NCBI RefSeq assembly: GCF_002087085.1
Contig: NZ_MWQY01000014.1
Location: forward strand, 1 to 64,000
DNA length: 64,000 nucleotides
Direction of reading: 5' to 3'
Shown here one piece after another: positions 48,233 through 57,968 of this stretch (position 1 is its first letter; every line of letters starts with the position of its first letter). Both the position numbers and the translations under genes were made by a program. The notes under the pieces were generated by a model that was given only the letters and a program-made list of their open reading frames with translations, searched no databases and was not told the origin of the DNA.

Positions 48233-50347
48233 TTAAACGGTATGCTTATCTGACGTCCAGGCATACCGTTTTTTTATTGCCTCCAGGATCTGGTACTCCC
48301 GGAAGGGTTTGACGATAACCGCATTGCCTCCTGCATTCATAAACTCCTGTGCCTCGTCGCTTCCGGAATGAGCTGTCAGGGCGATAACAGGCACCCGGGA
48401 AAAATCTTCCCGGGCTTTAAGAATGCGGGTGGCTTCCTTACCATCCATGACTGGAAGCCCGATATCCATAAAAATAAGGTCGGGTTTATCCTCTATGGCC
48501 CTGTCTACCGCTTCCTGTCCGTTTGAGGCCTCCAGTACCGTATACCCGGCACTTTCCAGAACTCTTCGAAGGTACAGCATGTTTATACTCTCATCTTCAA
48601 CAATCAGGATCCTCTCTACAGAATCATTTCCGTCGGCGTTCACGGATACTTCGCTCTCTCCGCTTGTTTCCGGTCCATCCGGTTTATCACTTTTCCCCGG
48701 AGGGATGCTTAGCGTAAAGGTTGATCCTTTTCCTTCGACGGATTCAACATTCAGACGCCCTTTCATGAGTCCCACAAGGGATTTGACAATAGCCAATCCC
48801 AGACCTGCACCCTGGTGCGTTTTTGTATAGGGATTCTCGAGCTGTCGAAAGGAGTCGAAAATGCTGGACAGTTTCTCCTCCGGAATGCCCAGGCCCTCAT
48901 CTGCGACTGAAATTACAAGCTCCGAATCCACATGAGCCCTTACAGTAACGGTTCCTCCCTCGGAGTATTTAACAGCATTGGATACAAGGTTAATTATCAC
49001 CTGTCCAATTCGCGTCCGGTCTCCGGGAAAAAGGATTGCAGGATCCGGAAGTTCGGAGATTATTTTTATACCCTTTTCTCCTGCCGGTTTCTCCACCATC
49101 CTGATACAGTTTTCAATCACCTCCCTGGGACTGAAATTCTCTATCAGCAGGCGCAGACGGGAATTCTCCAGACGAGCTGTATCCAGAAGATCATCAATAA
49201 GCTTCAGCAGATATTCAGCTGAATAATCAGCCATATCGACGTACTCGGACTGTACTTCCGAGAGTTCGGTATTTCTCAGGAGAGCTGTCATACCCAGAAA
49301 ACCATTCACCGGTGTACGCAGTTCATGGCTTATATTTGCAAGAAAAAGGGTCTTTGCCCTGACAGCCTTTTCGAGGTTCTCCTGGATCTCTCTGCTCCGG
49401 ACCAGTTCCCGGTTCAGGGCAGCGGTTTTCTGTGAAACCTGTCGACGGAGTGTAAGAGTCCAGGATAATCCGATGAGAAAGAGGGCTCCCACACTTATGA
49501 GTACAAGGCGGGCTATTCTCGATCCCAGCAGTCGTCTCTCCTCGATCAGCCCGAACCACTTTTCATAAATCCTGTCATATTCACCATTGATTTTTATCAG
49601 GTTAAGTCCCTCGTTCAATATGGCGAGCAGCTTTGTATCGCCCTTTCGAACGGCAATGCAGTATGATCCGGTCAAAACCGATTCAGGAATAACCTTAAGG
49701 GATGTAATATCGTAGCGGTCAAGGATGATTCCCCCTTGAGTAAGGGATGCCAGGGCACAGTCGCCCTCTCCCTCAGCAAGACCGCGGATTACTTCTGTGA
49801 CGGAATCCTTTACAACAAGGGATTTTTCATAGCCCTTCTCCAGCAGATAATCATGAGCCAGGTCTCCCCGCTGTACCAGTATTCTGGAGTCCCTTGCATC
49901 CTCCATAACCCTGATATCTGAATTCCGGGGAACAAAGAGATTATAGGAAGCTATGAAATGGGGTATGGTGAAATCTGCTTTCCTGGCCCTTTCGGGGGTC
50001 CTGAACATTCCCATAAGAACATGAATCTCTCCTTCCTCAAGTTCCTCCCGGACCTCATGCCATGGGCCAAGATCGATAATCATCTCCAGCCCCAGGACTT
50101 CCTGTATGGCCTTCATGATATCCACATTGAAGCCTGATGGTTCGCCGTCTCCGTCAAGGAATTCAAAAGGCGGATATTGCCAGTCTCCTTTTACAACGAG
50201 GGTGGTGGTACCCGCCTCCTGAATAGAGACGGTTTGAACTCTGGAAGGTGTTTCATAAATAGCGTATTCTTCAGCACATCCGGATAATATGATTAAAAAA
50301 GTAGTAAAAATCAGCAATATCCGGAGCTTACTCCCTGAAGTGTTCAT
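48233..50347 (-). CDS. Hybrid sensor histidine kinase: SBP family 3 sensor, TM, HisKA, HATPase, REC
   Basis: YPPFEF/GFNVDI; FLANISHELRTP; NLVSNAVKYS; GAGLGL; IVEDE...FMDIGLP...KP. Confidence 0.92.
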   Translation of the reverse strand: MNTSGSKLRILLIFTTFLIILSGCAEEYAIYETPSRVQTVSIQEAGTTTLVVKGDWQYPPFEFLDGDGEPSGFNVDIMKAIQEVLGLEMIIDLGPWHEVREELEEGEIHVLMGMFRTPERARKADFTIPHFIASYNLFVPRNSDIRVMEDARDSRILVQRGDLAHDYLLEKGYEKSLVVKDSVTEVIRGLAEGEGDCALASLTQGGIILDRYDITSLKVIPESVLTGSYCIAVRKGDTKLLAILNEGLNLIKINGEYDRIYEKWFGLIEERRLLGSRIARLVLISVGALFLIGLSWTLTLRRQVSQKTAALNRELVRSREIQENLEKAVRAKTLFLANISHELRTPVNGFLGMTALLRNTELSEVQSEYVDMADYSAEYLLKLIDDLLDTARLENSRLRLLIENFSPREVIENCIRMVEKPAGEKGIKIISELPDPAILFPGDRTRIGQVIINLVSNAVKYSEGGTVTVRAHVDSELVISVADEGLGIPEEKLSSIFDSFRQLENPYTKTHQGAGLGLAIVKSLVGLMKGRLNVESVEGKGSTFTLSIPPGKSDKPDGPETSGESEVSVNADGNDSVERILIVEDESINMLYLRRVLESAGYTVLEASNGQEAVDRAIEDKPDLIFMDIGLPVMDGKEATRILKAREDFSRVPVIALTAHSGSDEAQEFMNAGGNAVIVKPFREYQILEAIKKRYAWTSDKHTV

Positions 50348-52209
50348 TCGTTCTGCATAACCGGGTTCTTAAGATTCAACAGGTCATCACTGGAAAGAAA
50401 ACTGATACCTGTTTTCAGACCACCAATCGAAAGCTGCGACAGGGGTTCTCCCCCCTCAGCTTCCGAGAGTACGAACAGATCGGCTGGAAATGACTCAATG
50501 AAAAGCAGCTTATCAACCAGAAGATAGTAATCCTCCCGGCTGTTTCTGATCTTTATCAGGGTATCCTCGGAAACAAAATTGTCGCTCCAGAAAAGATACC
50601 CCTCACAGGTATAGACCGGACAGCCCCGATACCGGACCCGTCCATCCCCGTCGTCCCGGAACCCTGTTTTCTCCGGTTTCTCATGCTCGAGAAAGACTGT
50701 ACCGTCCACAGCAATTGTGTGCCGCTTGTACCGGGCAAAATAGATCTTTCTCACGGATGCTTCCACCGGAATGCTGATACAGAACCGGGCTCCCTGATTC
50801 TCCCTGTTCTCAAGGCTGACGGTGGCGCCGGGTATACGTCCAATCTCCTCGGCAACGATATCGAGGCCTATACCTCTTCCCGCTTCCAGGGAAATAATCT
50901 CACTGGTGGAAAACCCCGGGGAGGTAATTATTCTGAACAGTGAAGCAGAGGAATCCAGACCGTGCTCCAGAGCCTTGTTCCGGATGGCTTTTTCATCCAT
51001 TCCTCTGCCGTCATCCTGAATATCGATACGGATCTCCTTGTCGCTCCGCTGGTACCGGACGGTGACCTCTCCCCGGGGGGATTTTCCCTCTTTCAGACGT
51101 GCGGCAGGCACTTCGATACCGTGACTTACGGCATTTCGCAGAAGCTGAACCAGGGGTCCCCTCAACCTGGGGACAAAGCAGCTCTCAAGCAGCTGTTCCC
51201 CGCCCTGCAGCAGACAACGGGCGTCTTTTCCCTGCTCCGCCGCGCTGTGATGAACTATTTCAGGCAAATCGTGAAAGATCGTTTCGAAAGGAACAAAACG
51301 GGTTGCCTGAAGGGCCTGACCGATACCGTCAAAGACCTCCGTAAGGCCGGAAGAGCCGCCTTTTATCGATTGGTCAGTCAGCTGTGTATGTATTTTCCCT
51401 TTGAGGTAATTAAACCAGATAGAGATAAGTTCATGGCGATTAATAATCAGCTGAGAATCGTCTTTGCCGGCTTTATCCCTGCTTTTCCGCGCCGGGGTAT
51501 CCGGCAGATACTGGTCCCAGTTCAGCCTGGTAAGGAAAACCCTTTTTACCTGGTCTACCTTGACCGCGTTAAAAAGATCCTTCTCGGGCCGGTGGGTGGT
51601 AAAAAAATATTCAGGGCTTATGTTTTCTTCCTCAAAGCCCTGGGACAGGTCCGGAAAGCTCCGTATAACATTGACAATCTGTTCCAGGTTATTCAGTATC
51701 AATACGGCTTTTGGATACAGCATCTCCGTCGGATCCTCAAATTCACAGATCATCCGGTAGAGGTACTCGCCCCTGTCCCGGGCCTCCCTGAGAAGCACGA
51801 GCTGGAACTCATTCAGGACTTCGAATCCCGCAAGCTTTTCTTCAGCCCTTCCCGCCGGGCTTGAGCCGGATTCATGAAGCGACGAAGGGGTATCACCGGA
51901 AGCGATACCTTCCCGGGAAACTGTATCTTCGATCCGCGAAACGGATTCGAAGAGTCGATTGAGATGTCCCTCGTACTGCGGTTCCTCTTTCAATTCCTGG
52001 AGTACCGATTCTGCTACATGCGTAAGATCCGCGATACTCTTTTTGCCCAAATGGGCCGCTTCCGATTTTATGCTGTGCATGAGACGGAAGGCATTGTCTA
52101 TGTCATCCCCCGTTGCGGTCCTGGACTCCAGCCTGGACAGAAGGGGATTCAGCCTCGCTAGATAATCCCGGGTGTCCCGTATAAACATCTTCTGATAATA
52201 GGCTGTCAC
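50344..52209 (-). CDS. CheA-like kinase (Hpt, P2-like, HATPase, degenerate CheW-like tail)
   Basis: FRLMHSIKS Hpt; LLRNAVSHGIE; DDGRGMD; PGFST; GRGIGLDIV; GTG start. Confidence 0.8.
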   Translation of the reverse strand: MTAYYQKMFIRDTRDYLARLNPLLSRLESRTATGDDIDNAFRLMHSIKSEAAHLGKKSIADLTHVAESVLQELKEEPQYEGHLNRLFESVSRIEDTVSREGIASGDTPSSLHESGSSPAGRAEEKLAGFEVLNEFQLVLLREARDRGEYLYRMICEFEDPTEMLYPKAVLILNNLEQIVNVIRSFPDLSQGFEEENISPEYFFTTHRPEKDLFNAVKVDQVKRVFLTRLNWDQYLPDTPARKSRDKAGKDDSQLIINRHELISIWFNYLKGKIHTQLTDQSIKGGSSGLTEVFDGIGQALQATRFVPFETIFHDLPEIVHHSAAEQGKDARCLLQGGEQLLESCFVPRLRGPLVQLLRNAVSHGIEVPAARLKEGKSPRGEVTVRYQRSDKEIRIDIQDDGRGMDEKAIRNKALEHGLDSSASLFRIITSPGFSTSEIISLEAGRGIGLDIVAEEIGRIPGATVSLENRENQGARFCISIPVEASVRKIYFARYKRHTIAVDGTVFLEHEKPEKTGFRDDGDGRVRYRGCPVYTCEGYLFWSDNFVSEDTLIKIRNSREDYYLLVDKLLFIESFPADLFVLSEAEGGEPLSQLSIGGLKTGISFLSSDDLLNLKNPVMQNE

Positions 52210-52880
52210 CTGGCACTCCTCTTCTGCTGCATGGAATTAAAAAGGCGTAATGATTTTCTGCGGATAACAGAACTGGTATCCTGCATACCTTTGATGATGA
52301 TCTCCCTGAAAGCGGAATAGTTATCTATCGCCATAAGGGTTTCCAGAATAGAGCTCTTTACTGCAATATCACCACGACGAAAAAGCGAAAAGAGATCCTG
52401 AGTTGCATAATCAATCTTGAGCTTCCCTATGGCGCGAACAGAAGATATCACGACCTGGGGATCCTTATCCTGGAGCGCCTTCCGCAGATAGACGTAACTG
52501 CTTTTCTGTCCACTGTTTCCAAGACGCAGGGCTGCAAAGGATCGCTGGTAGGGAGTTTTTCCATTCAGCAGGGTATTCCCCAGGCTGTGAAGACTCTCAT
52601 TTTTACCCCAGTTTCTTTCCGGTTGTGTCTTTTTTACCCCCTGACTTTTACGAAAGCCTGAGGCTTCCGGACGTGGAGGAAAATCGAGAATTCTCCTGGC
52701 AGACTTGAAACTGGAGATTGATCGATAGGCCTCCACTACCCTGGAAAAAGCAAGGTTGTCCGGCCGCTGGCCGGTATCCGGATGCAGCTCCATAACCATT
52801 CGCCGGTAGGCCCTTTTAATCTCCGAGTCAGGTGCCGATTCAGGGACACCCAGGATTCTAAAACACTCCCTAGCCAGCAC
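52206..52880 (-). CDS. J-domain protein with C-terminal HEAT repeats
   Basis: ILGV...EIKRAYRR...HPD; HEAT-like LRKALQDKDPQV, KGMQDTSSVIR; GTG start with SD GGAGG. Confidence 0.85.
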   Translation of the reverse strand: MLARECFRILGVPESAPDSEIKRAYRRMVMELHPDTGQRPDNLAFSRVVEAYRSISSFKSARRILDFPPRPEASGFRKSQGVKKTQPERNWGKNESLHSLGNTLLNGKTPYQRSFAALRLGNSGQKSSYVYLRKALQDKDPQVVISSVRAIGKLKIDYATQDLFSLFRRGDIAVKSSILETLMAIDNYSAFREIIIKGMQDTSSVIRRKSLRLFNSMQQKRSAR

Positions 52881-54330
52881 AATCAGCCTCCCTGCCCGCA
52901 TCCAGGGACTTGATCTCCTTCAGAATACTCCATAAAGCAATCGAACATTCCCGCCTGAGCCCTGGATCAGCTGATTTTTTTTGCCTGCGGGCAAGCTCCA
53001 GTATAGCATTGATATCCTCGGAAAACTCAGGATCGATAAAGAATCTTCGTCCCCGGTATTCCCGTTCAACCCGGGAAATAAGAATATCCATATCCTTGAT
53101 GCCGGAACCACACTTATCCCCGACCGCTTCCTTTATCATGATCTTCATGGTTTCAGAGATCCTTCCTGAAGGACTCTGCACGGTAACAGTCAGCATGCCG
53201 CTGGAGTGAAGAACGAACTGTATTTCGATTTTCGGTCGGCCCTGGAGAGCGGGAGGAATTTGGGGAAGCATAATCCGGCTGAGAGAAACAGTCCGGGACG
53301 GGTCTTCTGTGCTTCTCTGAATAACATGGATTTCTGCCCGTCGCTGATTATCCGCAAGGGTGGTAAAAATCCTTTTCTCCAGGGCCGGGAGAGGTCTGTC
53401 CTTTTGCATCATCCAGAACGGTCTGCCCCAGTCGATCTCCAGTCCGAAATCCGACGGAGATATCCCGACAGTTCCCTGCACCGGAGCCGTTCTCCTCTGA
53501 AACAGAAGCAGGGCACCCCTGGCTGCCGTATCCGCAGGACAAATTCTTACAGGTACCGATTCACGGAAGATCCTGCTGACACAGCTTTGAATGCACGGAA
53601 TATGAGATCCGCCTCCCGCAAGAAGGACGGTATCGATCTCTGATGTCCGGTGTCCCGATGACCGTAACAGCTGCCGCACAAGATCTTCTATGCGGCCGAT
53701 CCTGCTTCCAAGTATTTTCTCATAGTCCCGGCGATCAAGGCTCACCTGTACACCCTGCACGGAGGAGGTATATTCCGATGAAGAGCTCAGTGCGATCTTG
53801 AAGGCGTCGGAAACATTCTGTAATTTTCCGATTATGTTTCCCGTCTTCTTTTTAAGAAGTCCGCACATGTCCCGGGTAAAGCTGCCTCCCCCTGTGGAGC
53901 TATCGCTTAAACATCGATTCAGGCTGATATCATTGCCTTTAATCTCTACAAGGGATGCTTTGAAACTGCTCTCTCCGAAATCGAGAACCAGTACCGTACC
54001 GGTTGTACCATGCAACATGGCGGCCGCCGTTGCTTCTGCCTGGGGGATCAAACGTATCCGATGGAAACCGGCTTTTTTTGCGGCATCAGTAATCTCCCGG
54101 GATTGAATATCTCCGATACCTGCCGGAACAGCCACAACAGCGGTATCCGCATAGCCTGCAGTCTGCGCTTCGACGAGGGACTTAATCTGTTTGAAGCGCA
54201 TTTCCGTACTGCAGCCGGGCGCTGCCGGATGACTGGAGGATCCGTACCTGTCAAGAAACGTTTTTATTTTTTTGCCGTCAATTATCGTAACCGATGTATT
54301 CGCTGTACCAAAATCTATGCCTACTACCAT
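52870..54330 (-). CDS. Divergent Hsp70/DnaK-family protein
   Basis: VGIDFGT, VAVPA, VLDFG, LAGGGSHIP, FTTLADNQ, GRPKIEIQF. Confidence 0.85.
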   Translation of the reverse strand: MVVGIDFGTANTSVTIIDGKKIKTFLDRYGSSSHPAAPGCSTEMRFKQIKSLVEAQTAGYADTAVVAVPAGIGDIQSREITDAAKKAGFHRIRLIPQAEATAAAMLHGTTGTVLVLDFGESSFKASLVEIKGNDISLNRCLSDSSTGGGSFTRDMCGLLKKKTGNIIGKLQNVSDAFKIALSSSSEYTSSVQGVQVSLDRRDYEKILGSRIGRIEDLVRQLLRSSGHRTSEIDTVLLAGGGSHIPCIQSCVSRIFRESVPVRICPADTAARGALLLFQRRTAPVQGTVGISPSDFGLEIDWGRPFWMMQKDRPLPALEKRIFTTLADNQRRAEIHVIQRSTEDPSRTVSLSRIMLPQIPPALQGRPKIEIQFVLHSSGMLTVTVQSPSGRISETMKIMIKEAVGDKCGSGIKDMDILISRVEREYRGRRFFIDPEFSEDINAILELARRQKKSADPGLRRECSIALWSILKEIKSLDAGREADCAG

Positions 54331-54335
54331 ACCTT

Positions 54336-54902
54336 TTATCTATCGGTTTTTTCCGACAGCGAGATTATCAGTTCTACCTCCCCAAGAGGCCGTCCAACCT
54401 TGCCTGCTATTATTTTGGCGTCTATTCCCTTTCTTTTCAGCTCGAGTATTTCTTCTTTTATACCGGCCCCGCCGGTATTTTCACGGGAAGTATCGGTTTT
54501 TGTTTGCACAGCGTCTTTCCCCTCATTCCCGGTGGAAGATGAAGGTTCCGCGGATTTCTTGACCGGTTCCTCGATGACCTCGATGCTGAGGGGTTTATGC
54601 CGTGCCAGATGCAGATAATCTGTCCGGGAGCTGTCATCCCGTTTCTGGATCTCCCCCTGAAGAATTCGGATTCTCTTGTCGGCCTTTGACACTTCGTCCT
54701 TCAGACGGCGGATACTCTCTTCGATAAGCCGGATATTCCGGTCTGTTGTACCGTTCATTTCGACCAGAAGCGAGTCCAGTTCTGATTCAATTTCCATCAA
54801 CAGCTTTTTAGGCCTCACCGTCCTCTTATGTACTATCCGGAAAACCAGGATAAAAAGGATCCATGCAAGACCGTTTACGAGCAGGATTATTCCAAGAGTC
54901 AT
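54336..54902 (-). CDS. Conserved flagellar-operon hypothetical protein (TM, coiled coil, C-terminal HTH-like)
   Basis: N-terminal TM; TDRNIRLIE; LGEVELIISL tail. Confidence 0.75.
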   Translation of the reverse strand: MTLGIILLVNGLAWILFILVFRIVHKRTVRPKKLLMEIESELDSLLVEMNGTTDRNIRLIEESIRRLKDEVSKADKRIRILQGEIQKRDDSSRTDYLHLARHKPLSIEVIEEPVKKSAEPSSSTGNEGKDAVQTKTDTSRENTGGAGIKEEILELKRKGIDAKIIAGKVGRPLGEVELIISLSEKTDR

Positions 54903-54904
54903 AT

Positions 54905-55231
54905 TTATCCGCTTATGTCTATTTTCTTGCCCAGGTCAGGGTCGCTGTAGTAGTTGCGGGATTCGTCCTTCGTTTCATTTTTTTCCTCTTTGCCTTTTTT
55001 ACGCTTTCTCCCTCCCCGGGATTCCTCGTCATCATCGTGAATCTTCTCGGGACCGTCGGAAAGAGGATTGGTCTGGTTGACACTTGAATCCTTCTGCTCG
55101 GTTTCACGGACCAGTTCACTGCCCGCTATAACCTGCTGCAGGTGCAGGCCCTGCTTCTGCTGGGCCTGATCCCTTCCTACCTGATTCATATGCATAAATA
55201 GTGTCTGCAGATCGATTGGTTTAATGGACAT
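54905..55231 (-). CDS. Conserved hypothetical protein downstream of fapA
   Basis: MSIKPIDLQ...DPDLGKKIDISG termini. Confidence 0.75.
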   Translation of the reverse strand: MSIKPIDLQTLFMHMNQVGRDQAQQKQGLHLQQVIAGSELVRETEQKDSSVNQTNPLSDGPEKIHDDDEESRGGRKRKKGKEEKNETKDESRNYYSDPDLGKKIDISG

Positions 55232-57174
55232 CAGTGGTTTTTGGAAAAGTCCTCCTCAAGGGCTTCGTACTTCGTAACCTTTACCTCATTCAACTCGTTG
55301 ATAAAGGTGACGTTTTTAAACTCATTCCGAATCTTAAGGCTCGCATCTTTGATAACCACTTTAACGCCGGGATATACCTTCCCTGAAGCGGAAACCTTTC
55401 CGTTTACCTTGAGAGATGCGAGATACTCCTGGATTTTTTTTATCTCTTCCTTTTTTTCATCCCGTTTTACTTCAATCTTTCGCTGCTGTCCCTGAAGTTC
55501 CTCAAGATACTGCTCCTTTTCTTCAGGCAGCGCCTTTTTCATTTTCTTGATATTCTCCAGGGTGTGGATATTCAGCTCGATCTCTTCCAGCTGATCATCA
55601 AAGGTCTTTATCTCTTTTTCCAGTCGCTGAATACTCTCGATACTCTTCGGATCGTAACCAACCTCGACGACAGTCTCCGCACCGGCCACTGAACCGATGT
55701 TCTTCGCATGGACCTCTTCACTGGCCCGCAGATGACCGCCTACGATGGTCGCCCGTTTTCCCTGGCAGATAATACGCTGATTAGCATCCACGGAACTGTT
55801 AATGATTCCGTCGCTGACAACGACGTTTTCACCGGATTCAACGTTGGAGTTTTCTATGAACTTTGCCCACACCGTGCGGCCGGCCCGGACAGTGCCGCCG
55901 CCCCGGCCGTTGACACCCTGATGGATGATGATATCCCCTTCAGCGTCCAGTTCGCATTTTCCGACGTTTCCGACAACCTCAATATTACCCGCGGCTTTAA
56001 CTTTAAAACCGTCTTCCACACCGCCTTTTACATAGACGGTCCCCAGGAATACCACGTTACCGCCGGTTTTCAGATTGACGCTTCCGTTGACAACGTGAAT
56101 CGGTTCCACATTCAGCTTGTCGTTCACGATGACAACCTGGCCGTTTATGGCCGCCACGGCGGTCATACCGTCTTCAGAAAGATTGACGTTCTTGCCTATT
56201 CCAAGGTTGACATCTTTTCCGTTTTTGGCCGGCAGCAGTTTTCCGGTTACGCTTCGTCCGTTTTTGCCTTCGCCGGCGGGTACCTTCCGGGCAAGAACCT
56301 GACCTTCGACTACATTCTGAACAATATTCTGTTCCTTGAAATCGACTTTACCGTTCTTCTCTTTCAGCTGGATCTTGTTGGAATCCCGTTCAAAATTATA
56401 CAGGATTCGAGCGTCTTCTCCATCCTGAGGTTTCGTACCCTCCGCCACCAGTATCGACTCGTTGTATACGGGACGATCGATAAATGCATTAATAGTCTCA
56501 TCCCTGAGACCATGGATGATGCCGTTGTTTTTGAGAAAATTTTCTATTACTTCATAGCTGAGATCTGAACCGCCCTCTCCCGGAGGCCGTACAACTATAT
56601 AGGCCTTCATCTCGAAATCGGTGATATCCACTGTCATGATAGGATCATTAGCCGGATTGTATGCGTATTCGCCAACCGGGATGTAATCTCCCGAGGCCTG
56701 CTTTACCACCTGGGCTATCATGTTTTTATCGAAATGGCTGACCCCTCGGCGATCAAGAGCATCAAGGGCCTGTCGTTCAGTCGCCTTTTTCCCCCCGCCC
56801 ACTGGAGGGCTGACCTTTAATAATATACCCTCAGGAGATAAACGGACAAAAACATCCCCGTTTCGAGTCTCCTCTTTTCCGTCGTCATCTCCGGCAAAAC
56901 CGAGATCGATGTCAAGGGCCTCTTCCTCTGGCAGCTGTTCTTCTGCTTTTTTATAGGCGATAAGGATGCAATCCTTCCTGCCGATACCGAAGGTCCCCCG
57001 GCTGCCGGGTTCGAGGAGTTCATATTCTATGTCTTTAAGCGGAATGCCCAGTTCAATGGAAGCCTGAGTCAGTGCATCTTCGATACTGGGACCGCTCACA
57101 TTGACGGATCTGCGGGTCTTATCCTCTTCCGCCTGGCTTCGCATGTACTCCCGGATACGGGACAATCCGACCAT
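55231..57174 (-). CDS. fapA: FapA (DUF342) family protein with Jag_N-like N-terminus
   Basis: Jag_N-like GTFGIG; G.P.DGEDA; beta-helical GNVVFLGTVYVKG repeats; follows fliA. Confidence 0.85.
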   Translation of the reverse strand: MVGLSRIREYMRSQAEEDKTRRSVNVSGPSIEDALTQASIELGIPLKDIEYELLEPGSRGTFGIGRKDCILIAYKKAEEQLPEEEALDIDLGFAGDDDGKEETRNGDVFVRLSPEGILLKVSPPVGGGKKATERQALDALDRRGVSHFDKNMIAQVVKQASGDYIPVGEYAYNPANDPIMTVDITDFEMKAYIVVRPPGEGGSDLSYEVIENFLKNNGIIHGLRDETINAFIDRPVYNESILVAEGTKPQDGEDARILYNFERDSNKIQLKEKNGKVDFKEQNIVQNVVEGQVLARKVPAGEGKNGRSVTGKLLPAKNGKDVNLGIGKNVNLSEDGMTAVAAINGQVVIVNDKLNVEPIHVVNGSVNLKTGGNVVFLGTVYVKGGVEDGFKVKAAGNIEVVGNVGKCELDAEGDIIIHQGVNGRGGGTVRAGRTVWAKFIENSNVESGENVVVSDGIINSSVDANQRIICQGKRATIVGGHLRASEEVHAKNIGSVAGAETVVEVGYDPKSIESIQRLEKEIKTFDDQLEEIELNIHTLENIKKMKKALPEEKEQYLEELQGQQRKIEVKRDEKKEEIKKIQEYLASLKVNGKVSASGKVYPGVKVVIKDASLKIRNEFKNVTFINELNEVKVTKYEALEEDFSKNH

Positions 57175-57176
57175 TA

Positions 57177-57965
57177 CTACATAATCCCCTTCTTGATATT
57201 CGTAAGCTTGGCCCTCAGGCGCATGATCGCCTTGGTATGCAACTGGGAAATTCGCGATTCAGTCACCTCCAGGACCTTTCCTATCTCCTTCAGAGTGAGA
57301 TCTTCATAATAGTAGAGTACAAGAACCTTTTTTTCTTTTTCCGGCAATTCATTTATCGCTTCGATAATTACCTTTTTAATCTCTTCTTTTTCTACAATAA
57401 TGTCCGGATTCAGACTCTGGGGTGACTCAATACTGTCGACAATCGATATTTTGTCGTTTTCCTCCCCGGAATACCAGACATCATTCAGGGACATTATGGA
57501 AGTACCGCTGATCTTGACCATCGCCCGGTGATACTCGTCAATATCCATACCCATTTCCGCGGCTATCTCCTGATCGGAAGCACTTCGTCCCAGGGAGGCT
57601 TCGAGACGCTGAACGGTATCCTCTATCTCCCGTGCTTTCTGACGCACCGACCGCGGAACCCAGTCGATGGACCTGAGCTCATCGAAGATTGCCCCCCTGA
57701 TGCGGGTTACCGCATAGGTTTTGAATTTCACGTGCTTTTCAGGGTCAAACTTGTTTATCGCATCAATCAGTCCAAAAACTCCGAAACCCACCAGGTCATC
57801 GAACTCAACGTTATGCGGCATTCCCATGGCGACCTTTCCGGCAACGTATTTAACCAGAGGCGCATACTGCTTTACAAAAGCATCGCGTATTTTTGGATCC
57901 CGGTTTTTCTTGTAAAGGGCCCAGAGTTCTTCTTCAGTTTTTCCCTGCAATGCGGTCTCTGCCAT
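57177..57965 (-). CDS. fliA: RNA polymerase sigma-28 factor (FliA/WhiG)
   Basis: [39 protein letters not shown]. Confidence 0.96.
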   Translation of the reverse strand: MAETALQGKTEEELWALYKKNRDPKIRDAFVKQYAPLVKYVAGKVAMGMPHNVEFDDLVGFGVFGLIDAINKFDPEKHVKFKTYAVTRIRGAIFDELRSIDWVPRSVRQKAREIEDTVQRLEASLGRSASDQEIAAEMGMDIDEYHRAMVKISGTSIMSLNDVWYSGEENDKISIVDSIESPQSLNPDIIVEKEEIKKVIIEAINELPEKEKKVLVLYYYEDLTLKEIGKVLEVTESRISQLHTKAIMRLRAKLTNIKKGIM

Positions 57966-57968
57966 ATC

